Assembly (NCBI RefSeq): GCF_000148385.1
Contig: NC_014537.1
Span: 2,100,001-2,132,000 of the forward strand
Direction of reading: 5' to 3'
Length of the DNA: 32,000 bases
Source of the DNA: Vulcanisaeta distributa DSM 14429
GTDB taxonomy: Archaea; Thermoproteota; Thermoprotei; Thermoproteales; Thermocladiaceae
Position 1 is the first letter of the stretch. Each line of letters opens with the position of its first letter. Positions 1 through 7,598 of this stretch are shown in pieces. The notes under the pieces are model-generated. The model searched no databases and had not been told where the DNA came from. It saw only the letters and a list, made by a program, of their open reading frames with translations. A program made the position numbers and the translations under genes.

Positions 1-6
1 ACTTCA

Positions 7-1311
7 ATGCACACTAAATTGCTTGTTCTTCTGACTCTTGGTGAGTTCTTTGAGCTTTATGATTGGTTCGTTGGCGGCTTTGTCGCGGTTCCCTTGGCTT
101 CTTACTTCCACGTACCCCTTGCCACATCAATTTACTATACTGTCGCCATATTCTTCCTAGGCGCCTTCGTTGGGTGTGTATTGTTCACGTATATTGGCGA
201 TTCCATGGGTAGGAGGACTGCCCTGATAGTCAACATGGCTATAGCGGGGATTGGTTTCTTAATAACACCATTCATGCCAAATATATACTTATATGGTTTA
301 ATGAGGTTTATAACGGGCCTTGGCGTTGGTCCTGAGTCAATACTTGTGGTTGATGTGATGACTACAGAATTCTTCCCAGCTAAGATTAGGGGTAGGGCAT
401 TGGCTAGGGCTTATACGGCTGCCTGGATAGCGCCAATAGTAGTTGCTGCCCTTGCCTACGCTTTATTACCGCATAAGTACATTCTCTACGGCTGGCAATG
501 GCTATATATAATTGCGGGTATCGGCGTCGTTCTGATAGTTCCATGGAGGTTCTTAATACCGGAGTCACCAAGGTGGTTAGAGAGTAGGGGTAGGTATGAA
601 GAGGCTGATAGGATAGTGGGTATGTTCGAGGAAGCGGCCAGAAGAGAAAAAGGTGAATTACCACCGCCAATACCTGTTGAGGTCACTACAGTACAGAGAG
701 TACCAATAAGTGACCTCTTTAAGGGCGAGTATAAAAGGAGAACAATAATGCTCTGGGTCTTCGAGTTCCTGCAGACTGGGGTTTATTACGGCTTTGCATC
801 ATTGGCTCCGTCAGTGCTCTTTGTTAAGGGCATAACATTAGTGAAGACGCTTCAATACTCATTACTCATATACACCGGTTACTTCATTTCTTCATTAGTA
901 TCTATATTCATAATAGATAGTGTTAAGTTTGATAGAAAGTGGCAAACTGCAGTCATAATGCTGGTCATGGGCTTTGTCGGTCTAGCCTTCGGTCTCTCAT
1001 CAACCCCAGCGGAAGCCGTGAGTACCGGCTTTCTATTTGCCTTATTAGCTAACATATTCTCGAATGCCTTTCACCAATATGCCGCTGAGCTTTACCCAAC
1101 TAGGATTAGGGCCTTCGCAGATGGTGTTCAATATGGCGTAAGTAGGTTGGGTAATTACGTATGGTTAACATTACTACCAATAGTATTGACTACATACGGC
1201 GCCGTGACTATGTACACAATAGTGCTAATACTCGCCATAGTGGTATTCCTTGACGTTGGATTACTGGGACCTAAGGCGTCGCAAATAGTCGTGGAGAAGC
1301 TGTCAAGGTAG
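7..1311 (+). CDS. MFS transporter, sugar-porter-like; N-terminus may extend past the window edge
   Basis: 434-aa ORF that is hydrophobic throughout, with about 12 helices. Carries the MFS loop signature GDSMGRR between TM2 and TM3 and the sugar-porter motif PESPRWLE after TM6. The frame stays open back to nt 1, so the true start may lie upstream. Confidence 0.85.
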   Translation: MHTKLLVLLTLGEFFELYDWFVGGFVAVPLASYFHVPLATSIYYTVAIFFLGAFVGCVLFTYIGDSMGRRTALIVNMAIAGIGFLITPFMPNIYLYGLMRFITGLGVGPESILVVDVMTTEFFPAKIRGRALARAYTAAWIAPIVVAALAYALLPHKYILYGWQWLYIIAGIGVVLIVPWRFLIPESPRWLESRGRYEEADRIVGMFEEAARREKGELPPPIPVEVTTVQRVPISDLFKGEYKRRTIMLWVFEFLQTGVYYGFASLAPSVLFVKGITLVKTLQYSLLIYTGYFISSLVSIFIIDSVKFDRKWQTAVIMLVMGFVGLAFGLSSTPAEAVSTGFLFALLANIFSNAFHQYAAELYPTRIRAFADGVQYGVSRLGNYVWLTLLPIVLTTYGAVTMYTIVLILAIVVFLDVGLLGPKASQIVVEKLSR

Positions 1312-1370
1312 CCCAGTATTAATTGCCCCTAAATGAATTTATATTTTTAAAAATTAGGGATCTTCGTTGA

Positions 1371-1970
1371 TTATTGCCAGGAAATATCCTTGACAGAGTA
1401 TTTAAGCGATTCAAGGGTATCGCTGGGTATTTTCACGGTCTTATTCACCATTGGGTGCGATATTGAGACCGCGACCGAAGATGCATTACTGAGCATTGAG
1501 TCAAGCCCCGCCTCGCTAACCTTAAGGTAATGAATGCTCCTGGGCAGTGCGTTTGGTCCGTAATCCTCTGGGTATATTGGCTTGGCAGGTATTGCATGGT
1601 CATTAATTTTTATGCTGATGGTATTTTCAATACCCTTATACTTGGGTAATAAATTCCTTAATTCATCGTAGTTAAATACGTGGATAAACACCGTTAATGA
1701 GATCTCATCCTTCCTCGGCACCATTGGGCTATAGGTCCTCACGGCCTCCCTGAGTATGGATTCATCATCAACACCCTCTAGGTATACAGTCTCCTCTATT
1801 TGGAACCACACGGTTACTGCATCCTCGAAGAGTACGGTTATCCTATCATCAATTTTAACATACCTACTTGCTTTATAATTGCTCACTAGTTCGTAGATTC
1901 TTTCTCTCATGCTTGAGTATTGTGATGGTAAGTAGAGGTGATTTATGATTTTAAATAGATCACTTGCCAT
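1371..1970 (-). CDS. Conserved hypothetical protein, tentatively DUF3501-like, co-operonic with rubrerythrin
   Basis: The track ORF 1371..2114 overlaps the rubrerythrin gene. The internal ATG at 1970 (MASDLFKI...) gives 199 aa and starts 10 nt after the rubrerythrin stop. The segment ITVLFEDAVTVWFQIEE...YSPMVP...LPKYKGIEN resembles, from memory, the DUF3501 family that often sits next to rubrerythrin genes. Family assignment not verified. Confidence 0.55.
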   Translation of the reverse strand: MASDLFKIINHLYLPSQYSSMRERIYELVSNYKASRYVKIDDRITVLFEDAVTVWFQIEETVYLEGVDDESILREAVRTYSPMVPRKDEISLTVFIHVFNYDELRNLLPKYKGIENTISIKINDHAIPAKPIYPEDYGPNALPRSIHYLKVSEAGLDSMLSNASSVAVSISHPMVNKTVKIPSDTLESLKYSVKDISWQ

Positions 1971-1980
1971 GGTGAACGCC

Positions 1981-2454
1981 TTATAACTTGCCCAGTGTTT
2001 CGTCCTCAACCTCCGTTTTAACGCCCCTACCCTTATAATACTTCTCGAGTGCCTCGTTAAATCTATTTGCGTGGAACCTCTCCACCTTAGCCACAGCCTC
2101 AAACCACTCAGCAACCTCTAGGAAGCCCTCCTCCCTAGCCACCTTAGCAAAACCTGGGTACATCTGTGTCCACTCGTAGGTCTCGCCGTATATCGAGGCT
2201 CTCAGGGCATCCTCTATTGTATTTATCTCGATCTCCGCGACTGGGTCAACACCGAGGAACATTAAATGCCCAAAGGCATGCCCTGTCTCAGCATTAGCGG
2301 TCTTCTCGAAGATCTCGGCTATGTCATTAAGCCCCAGTTGCTTAGCCATTCTTGCGTAGTATAGGTATCTCCTGTTTGCCATGGACTCTCCCTGGAATGC
2401 TATCTTCAGGTTTTCATAGGTTTTCGTACCCTTTGGAACTCTCTTTATACTCAT
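1981..2454 (-). CDS. rbr: Rubrerythrin-family diiron protein (ferritin-like domain only, no rubredoxin domain; sulerythrin-like)
   Basis: 157 aa. N-terminal [27 protein letters not shown] and ETGHAFGH motifs match the E...ExxH diiron ligand pattern of rubrerythrins. No C-terminal CxxC pairs. Confidence 0.85.
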   Translation of the reverse strand: MSIKRVPKGTKTYENLKIAFQGESMANRRYLYYARMAKQLGLNDIAEIFEKTANAETGHAFGHLMFLGVDPVAEIEINTIEDALRASIYGETYEWTQMYPGFAKVAREEGFLEVAEWFEAVAKVERFHANRFNEALEKYYKGRGVKTEVEDETLGKL

Positions 2455-2508
2455 ACTGGGTCCAGGGATTTTGTTGCTCGCTAATTAATAAATATTTCGG
2501 GTTAGAAC

Positions 2509-2524
2509 TTACTTTTAGAAGTAA
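2509..2524. promoter_or_regulatory. 16-bp palindrome TTACTT-TTAG-AAGTAA upstream of the rubrerythrin promoter; candidate operator, or terminator hairpin of the fur-like gene
   Basis: Perfect 6+6 inverted repeat with a 4-nt spacer. It lies 16 nt after the fur-like stop and just upstream (minus-strand sense) of an AT-rich TATA-like stretch at 2484..2497, which is about 30-40 nt from the rubrerythrin ATG. Confidence 0.3.
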
Positions 2525-2539
2525 TTATTTTCAACCTAG

Positions 2540-2944
2540 TTATGAAGTACCTCGACAATTACCTCGAATTATTACATTCAAGTCCTTAATCTCAATACCT
2601 AGCTTACTCACCTCCCTCTCTATGGCAGATACGTCAATGTCTACATCCATTATTTGACCTGTATCTTCACAGATGACATTAATATGAGGATCCTTACGCA
2701 TTTCATACCAGGTCTTACCATCAGCCTCAAAGGACCTCAAGATACCCAGCCTAACGAGGGTGTTTAATGTATTGTATACGGTGGATATACTTATGTTGGG
2801 TTCAATCTTCCTTAATTCGTTGAGTACTTGATCCATCGTGAAGTGACCGCCATTCATTAAGAGTTGCAGTATTGCCACCCTCTGTGGCGTAACCTTGAGT
2901 CCCTTACTCCTTAACAGCTCGATTATTTCGTTGATATTACCCAT
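2540..2944 (-). CDS. Fur-family transcriptional regulator (Fur/PerR-like) with degenerate metal sites
   Basis: 134 aa. Typical Fur N-terminal winged helix: LKVTPQRVAILQLL...HFTMDQVLNEL....ISISTVYNTLNTLVRLGIL. The C-terminal dimerisation domain reads PHINVICEDTGQIMDV where Fur proteins normally have HHHxxCxxCG. Confidence 0.8.
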   Translation of the reverse strand: MGNINEIIELLRSKGLKVTPQRVAILQLLMNGGHFTMDQVLNELRKIEPNISISTVYNTLNTLVRLGILRSFEADGKTWYEMRKDPHINVICEDTGQIMDVDIDVSAIEREVSKLGIEIKDLNVIIRGNCRGTS

Positions 2945-3055
2945 TTCGAATTAGAACCTTCTTCTGGTAATAAAATCCCTACGCCTAATCTGCATTACTT
3001 AAGACATACACTATATAATCTATATGTAGGTAAGCAATATTAACTCGTTATAATC

Positions 3056-4267
3056 TTGAAAACTCCGACCAAAATGGGTGAGGATAGGGAGGCATACATA
3101 GTCTATTTCAAGAGAACAGCATTCTCAAGGGTTAAGAGGGAGGATCCGAAGTTTGACGTATTCTACGACATAAGTGGGCCAACCCTTATCTCAAAATTGT
3201 TTGTTAAGGCCGTGCAGGACCTTGGCATAAAGCCTGAACAGATTGACCATGTGATAGTCGGCAATGCATTACAGGGCGGTGATAATTGGAGCATGGGCGG
3301 TAGGATACCGGTATTCCTCGCAAAGTTCCCAGTCACCATACCTGCCATGGCAGTTGACATGCAGTGCGCCTCTTCATTCGACGCGATCGGTATTGGTACG
3401 ATGGAAATATGGACTGGACAGGCCGACATAGTCTTTGCCGGTGGTTATGAACACATGTCCAGAGTCCCCATGTACAATAACCCGTATATAGTCCCACACC
3501 TTGAGCTAGCCACGAATCCTGAGTACGCAATGTACGACATGGCCACTGGTTATGTGATGGGGTTAACCGCCGAGAAATTGGCGGCTCTCAAGAAGATAAG
3601 TAGAGAGGAGATGGATAGGTGGTCGTATAGGAGCCACATGCTCGCTACCAAGGCCTACGAGGAGGGCTACTTCAAGGACGAAATACTCCCGATAGAGGTT
3701 GTTAAGGATGGGCAAAAGATTGTGGTTGATAGGGACCTTAGCGTTAGGCCGAATACATCGTTAGAGGCCCTGGCTAAGTTACCGCCTGCTTTTAAACCTG
3801 GTGGCGTAATAACAGCTGGTAATTCAGCGCCTCTTAACTCAGGTGCATCGTTAGTGGTCTTAATGTCAGGTAAGATGGTTAAGGAGCTTGGTCTAAAGCC
3901 GCTGGCTAGGGTTGTGTCGCTGGGTTGGGCTGCTGTTGATCCATCGATAATGGGTGAGGGCCCAGTACCGGCATCAAGGAGGGCGTTGGCAAAGGCTGGG
4001 CTTAGGGTTGAGGATATAGATTTATGGGAGATAAATGAAGCTTTTGCTGTGGTTACGTTAAATGCCATTAAGGAATTGGGAATTGACGAGAATAGAGTGA
4101 ACATTAAGGGAGGAGCCATAGCGATTGGACACCCACTTGGCGCGACTGGGGCAAGGTTAGTTGGTACCCTGGCTAGGCAACTGCAATTAACCGGTAAGGA
4201 GTATGGACTTGCAACGGCATGTGTCGGCGGTGGGCAGGGCTACGCAATAATTATTCAAAGGGCTTGA
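3056..4267 (+). CDS. Acetyl-CoA C-acetyltransferase / 3-ketoacyl-CoA thiolase
   Basis: 403 aa. Contains the acyl-Cys region VDMQCASSFDA, plus NEAFA, GGAIAIGHPLGATGARL and the C-terminal CVGGGQG thiolase signatures. The track start is TTG at 3056; ATG at 3074 is an alternative. TATA-like ctatataatc lies near 3010-3020. Confidence 0.9.
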   Translation: MKTPTKMGEDREAYIVYFKRTAFSRVKREDPKFDVFYDISGPTLISKLFVKAVQDLGIKPEQIDHVIVGNALQGGDNWSMGGRIPVFLAKFPVTIPAMAVDMQCASSFDAIGIGTMEIWTGQADIVFAGGYEHMSRVPMYNNPYIVPHLELATNPEYAMYDMATGYVMGLTAEKLAALKKISREEMDRWSYRSHMLATKAYEEGYFKDEILPIEVVKDGQKIVVDRDLSVRPNTSLEALAKLPPAFKPGGVITAGNSAPLNSGASLVVLMSGKMVKELGLKPLARVVSLGWAAVDPSIMGEGPVPASRRALAKAGLRVEDIDLWEINEAFAVVTLNAIKELGIDENRVNIKGGAIAIGHPLGATGARLVGTLARQLQLTGKEYGLATACVGGGQGYAIIIQRA

Positions 4268-4332
4268 GTGGTTTACTTTCAATTTAAATTGAAATAAACT
4301 TAAAACTGCAACCTTGCATTGTAAAGTATTGT

Positions 4333-4767
4333 ATGTTTGAGATACCACTCAAACCAATGGGTAAGGAGGACATTAGGAAACTCGAAAGTGCATTACTTGT
4401 AATGTCTCTATTCTCATCAGAGACGCTGGAGGCACTTAAGAATCCCCATGAAAGACTTACCTGGGTTGATAGTCTTTACACTGCGGCTGCCGCATTTGCT
4501 AGGGATAAGGCTGGCATGCCCATTTCGCAAATAGCTGATGAGATTGGCGTGACTGAAGCCACAATACGTAAACACCTCAGGGGTGAGACGAAGGCTGGTC
4601 AACTAGTGTTAAAGGCGTACGAGAGACTTTCTAAGGAGGGCTTCAAAATCGAGTTACCAAGCGAATTAGCTGGAACCATATCCGCCGAGGACGTGGGCAA
4701 ACTGAAGGAGAAGATAGAGAGGGTTAAGAAGCTACTTAATGATGCATTGAGGGAGTTAAGTTCGTAG
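4333..4767 (+). CDS. Small helix-turn-helix protein, putative transcriptional regulator
   Basis: 144 aa. Central HTH-like segment MPISQIADEIGVTEATIRKHLRGET and a coiled-coil-like C-terminus. No specific family recognised. Confidence 0.5.
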   Translation: MFEIPLKPMGKEDIRKLESALLVMSLFSSETLEALKNPHERLTWVDSLYTAAAAFARDKAGMPISQIADEIGVTEATIRKHLRGETKAGQLVLKAYERLSKEGFKIELPSELAGTISAEDVGKLKEKIERVKKLLNDALRELSS

Positions 4768-4818
4768 TAATGAATCGCGTATTAAAATATTTAATTTATA
4801 ATGATTGATTGAGAATCC

Positions 4819-5685
4819 CTACCCTTCTTCTTCCTCTTCCTCGGTTTCACGCGTTATGGCCTTAACTTCTTTGGTTGCTTTCTCCGTTTCCTCAATAGCC
4901 TTCCTCATTTCATCAACTTCCTCCTTGGGTAACGGCTGTATTGATGCTGAGGTTGCTGTTAACTTTAGGTACTTGTCCCAGTAAATAACGACACCCTCAT
5001 CGGTTATATCCATTGGATGCCTAACCATCGAGATCTTAGTATCCCTCATCTTCCAAACAATTATTGACCTATACAACTTACCATCTATCTCATCAAGGTC
5101 CACTCTAATGATACCATCAACGGCATGCTCAACACCAGGCCCACCAAAGCCACGCTCACCAACTGAGACTTGGCTTATGAAGAGCGCCGTCGTGCCTAGG
5201 CCCGCGATCACCCTCTTGAGGAGCATCACCGTTGACCTGGCAATGGAAGGCTTCGTTAGGTATAACGTACTCACGGAATCTATGGTCACCCTCTTGGCGC
5301 CCGTATCCTTAATTGCCTGTCTAAGTACGTCAACGAGCTCGTGGACATTATCCACATCCTTAACGACGTACTTCTCCCTCTGAGATGCGGAGCCAATGCC
5401 CGCTGTGAACGCATCAACAATCGCGAACTTACCCTCCTTCTCAAACTTTGTTATATCCCAATTAAAGTGCCTAAAACTCCTCCTAACGGCGACGGGGTGC
5501 TCCTCAAGCGCCACAAAGACTCCGGGCTCATCCCTCACAAGCCCATTATACAGGAATTGCTTACCCAATATGGACTTACCAGTACCGGGCCCGCCAGAGA
5601 TGAGGACGACACTCCTCTCTGGGATGCCTCCATACAGTATCTCGTCAAGACCCGGTACGTAGGTCCTAACCCTAGGAATGGGCAT
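4819..5685 (-). CDS. KaiC/RadA-like RecA-superfamily ATPase (single KaiC domain) with a poly-Glu C-terminal tail
   Basis: 288 aa. [39 protein letters not shown] is the canonical archaeal KaiC-like N-terminus with Walker A. Walker B-like KRVTIDSVS. The C-terminus ends [11 protein letters not shown]. Confidence 0.85.
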   Translation of the reverse strand: MPIPRVRTYVPGLDEILYGGIPERSVVLISGGPGTGKSILGKQFLYNGLVRDEPGVFVALEEHPVAVRRSFRHFNWDITKFEKEGKFAIVDAFTAGIGSASQREKYVVKDVDNVHELVDVLRQAIKDTGAKRVTIDSVSTLYLTKPSIARSTVMLLKRVIAGLGTTALFISQVSVGERGFGGPGVEHAVDGIIRVDLDEIDGKLYRSIIVWKMRDTKISMVRHPMDITDEGVVIYWDKYLKLTATSASIQPLPKEEVDEMRKAIEETEKATKEVKAITRETEEEEEEG

Positions 5686-5918
5686 ATGGTATTGAATTAT
5701 TCTTGGTGTTGTTAAACCTTTCCCTGGTTATTGATTTAGATTGTGGAGTTATTAATAAAAGTATTTTATATTTGATCATTTTAATTTTATTACTTATATT
5801 TATAATTCATTAACACTATTAATTTAATCATGAGATTAATAGAAATAGAATACGTTTGTCCTTATTAATGGACATGTTTAACAGCGGTAATTCCTCAGGA
5901 TGTTTAAAAATAGGTGGG

Positions 5919-6431
5919 TTAATGTTTAAGGAGTTTGGGAAATAATCTTGATCTTCTTTTTACCTTATCTTTACTTGATTGAATTATTTGTTCAAGATCC
6001 TCTGGTTTTATATTTATGCCATTTTTTGATAAAATGTTTATGAGGAGATTGATATCCGTGTTTCCCGTGTTTAAATAACTCCTTATTAGCGTGTCGTCAT
6101 TATTCACCAGATCATACTGGCTGAGCAGGATGAGCGTTGCCTCAAGGCTAAGGCCTTTCCTTGTTACCTCATTCAGTAGGTCGTCGATGGACCTTGACGT
6201 GAAGTATGTGAGGAGCTTGATGAGGACGGTGGTGCAGAATCCCCTGAGTGGTCCGGCGCATTCGGAACTCCACTTCTTTATTAGCCTTTGTTCTTCCTTG
6301 CCCAGTGTAATGACCTTTACATTAATGGGCTTTACCCTGAGCTTTGTCTTCCTTACCTCATCAATCTTAACCCTCCTATCTATCTTCCATATGTCCTTAG
6401 GTTCCTGCTTATCTACGTTCATTCGATCCAC
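5919..6431 (-). CDS. Hypothetical protein (167-170 aa), last gene of the pilus-like block
   Basis: Lys/Arg-rich N-terminus and helical C-terminal part. The track start is GTG at 6431. ATG at 6422 is preceded by GGTGGA (SD-like) and overlaps the upstream ORF by 14 nt, suggesting translational coupling. No family recognised. Confidence 0.5.
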   Translation of the reverse strand: MDRMNVDKQEPKDIWKIDRRVKIDEVRKTKLRVKPINVKVITLGKEEQRLIKKWSSECAGPLRGFCTTVLIKLLTYFTSRSIDDLLNEVTRKGLSLEATLILLSQYDLVNNDDTLIRSYLNTGNTDINLLINILSKNGINIKPEDLEQIIQSSKDKVKRRSRLFPKLLKH

Positions 6432-6750
6432 CGCAACTTATGATGGATACCCACGTCTTAAAGGCGTTCGCGTACTCACTACCCACGCGTTCCTCAAGTA
6501 GTTTCACCCAATCATCAACCGTGACCTGCCTAAACACGTCATCGGAACCAAACATCTCCTGGGCCAGTATTGCCCTCTCAATCTTCGTTAACTTCTTAAC
6601 CTCCTCAAGCAATGTCCTAAGTACGTTCTGCCCGGTGGCCGGTGGTGCCTGTTGTTGAGGCTGTGCCGTGGTTTGCTCGCGGGTGCTTACCTGACCCTCA
6701 GCCTTTTCCCTCCTCACATTGCTTAGGAATAGGTCCACAGGATTGCTCAT
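6409..6750 (-). CDS. Hypothetical small protein (113 aa) with a Gln/Pro-rich disordered N-terminus and a helical C-terminal domain
   Basis: ATG at 6750. A TATA-like ttttaagtaaata element lies in the 35-nt spacer after the ParA-like gene. Residues about 15-42 are low complexity (TREQTTAQPQQQAPPATGQ). No family recognised. Confidence 0.5.
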   Translation of the reverse strand: MSNPVDLFLSNVRREKAEGQVSTREQTTAQPQQQAPPATGQNVLRTLLEEVKKLTKIERAILAQEMFGSDDVFRQVTVDDWVKLLEERVGSEYANAFKTWVSIISCGGSNERR

Positions 6751-6785
6751 TAACTCAATAGTAACTATTTACTTAAAAGGACTGG

Positions 6786-7595
6786 TTAGTAGGTCCCCGT
6801 GAGTATTGCCTTTATTTGCTTGGTCAGCGTATCCACATACTTATCAAAGGGGATCCTGAAATCCGCCAGTGAACCCTTTGGTGAATACATGATAAGGGGT
6901 TTCATTATCGATGTTAGATAGTGGACTATGGGGCTCATGGGTAGTACGAAGAACTCGCCATTATGTATGAAGCTCCTTACCTTGGACTCCATAACGTCAA
7001 GGCCGGGTATCGCCTTATTTAAAACTATATTGACTATCTTCTTAAAGCCCTTCAACAGCATTGGTTGTATGAAGTATTTATCTATTTCCTGGGCTACCGA
7101 GTCGCTGTATGTGGCATAATCAAGCACTATGTTAATTATTGATGACTGAAGCAGCGAGTTCACGGTTATTGCTTGATCCATGTGCGCCGGTAAGTCAATA
7201 ATGACGGCCTGAGCCACGGTCTTCATCACCGAATGATTTATGAGGTTACTGAACCTAACCTGCGTGGTCTCCGGGTCTACGTTGAGTTGCCACGTCCTGA
7301 GCATGCCTGGTGGTACTACGTAAACACTCGGCATTACTGGGGACCTGGAAATCACTTGGTCCACATCATCCACGGTACCGTTTATGTAATCCGCGGCGCC
7401 ATGCTTATCCGGGTTTACACCCAATATCCTGCTCGACGTCGCGGTGGAATCCATCCCAAGGTCTATGAGGAGTACGTTGCTCTTTAGGGCCTGTGATAAG
7501 GCTATGGCAGTATTACTGGCCAAGGTGCTCTTCCCAGTCCCACCCTTTAGTCCGCTGAAGAATGATACGACGACAAACCTGGGTTTAAGCATCAT
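6786..7595 (-). CDS. ParA/MinD-family (SIMIBI) ATPase, coupled to the pilus-type secretion ATPase
   Basis: 269 aa. Deviant Walker A with signature lysine: FFSGLKGGTGKSTLASNTAIAL. Walker B-like AVIIDLPAH. Its start ATG lies 3 nt after the stop of the upstream ATPase gene (TGAttaATGATG). Confidence 0.8.
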   Translation of the reverse strand: MMLKPRFVVVSFFSGLKGGTGKSTLASNTAIALSQALKSNVLLIDLGMDSTATSSRILGVNPDKHGAADYINGTVDDVDQVISRSPVMPSVYVVPPGMLRTWQLNVDPETTQVRFSNLINHSVMKTVAQAVIIDLPAHMDQAITVNSLLQSSIINIVLDYATYSDSVAQEIDKYFIQPMLLKGFKKIVNIVLNKAIPGLDVMESKVRSFIHNGEFFVLPMSPIVHYLTSIMKPLIMYSPKGSLADFRIPFDKYVDTLTKQIKAILTGTY

Positions 7596-7598
7596 TAA

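Noticed and set aside
404-686. Minus-strand ORFs 404..670 and 486..686 inside the MFS transporter gene. The same situation applies to 2352..2657, 3163..3530, 3667..4119, 5108..5715, 6091..6658, 6928..7689, 7900..8744, 10409..10594, 11340..11882, 12810..13079, 14543..14815, 16857..17099, 18505..19993, 24997..25185, 26143..26582, 27319..27642 and 28640..29452
   Set aside because: Each is nested in, or antisense to, a longer ORF with recognisable family motifs or a better coding composition. None has motifs of its own.
1971-2114. N-terminal 48-codon extension of track ORF 1371..2114
   Set aside because: The extension overlaps the 3' end of the well-supported rubrerythrin gene and is Arg/Leu/Trp-rich. 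The internal ATG at 1970, 10 nt after the rubrerythrin stop, gives a sensible operon layout.
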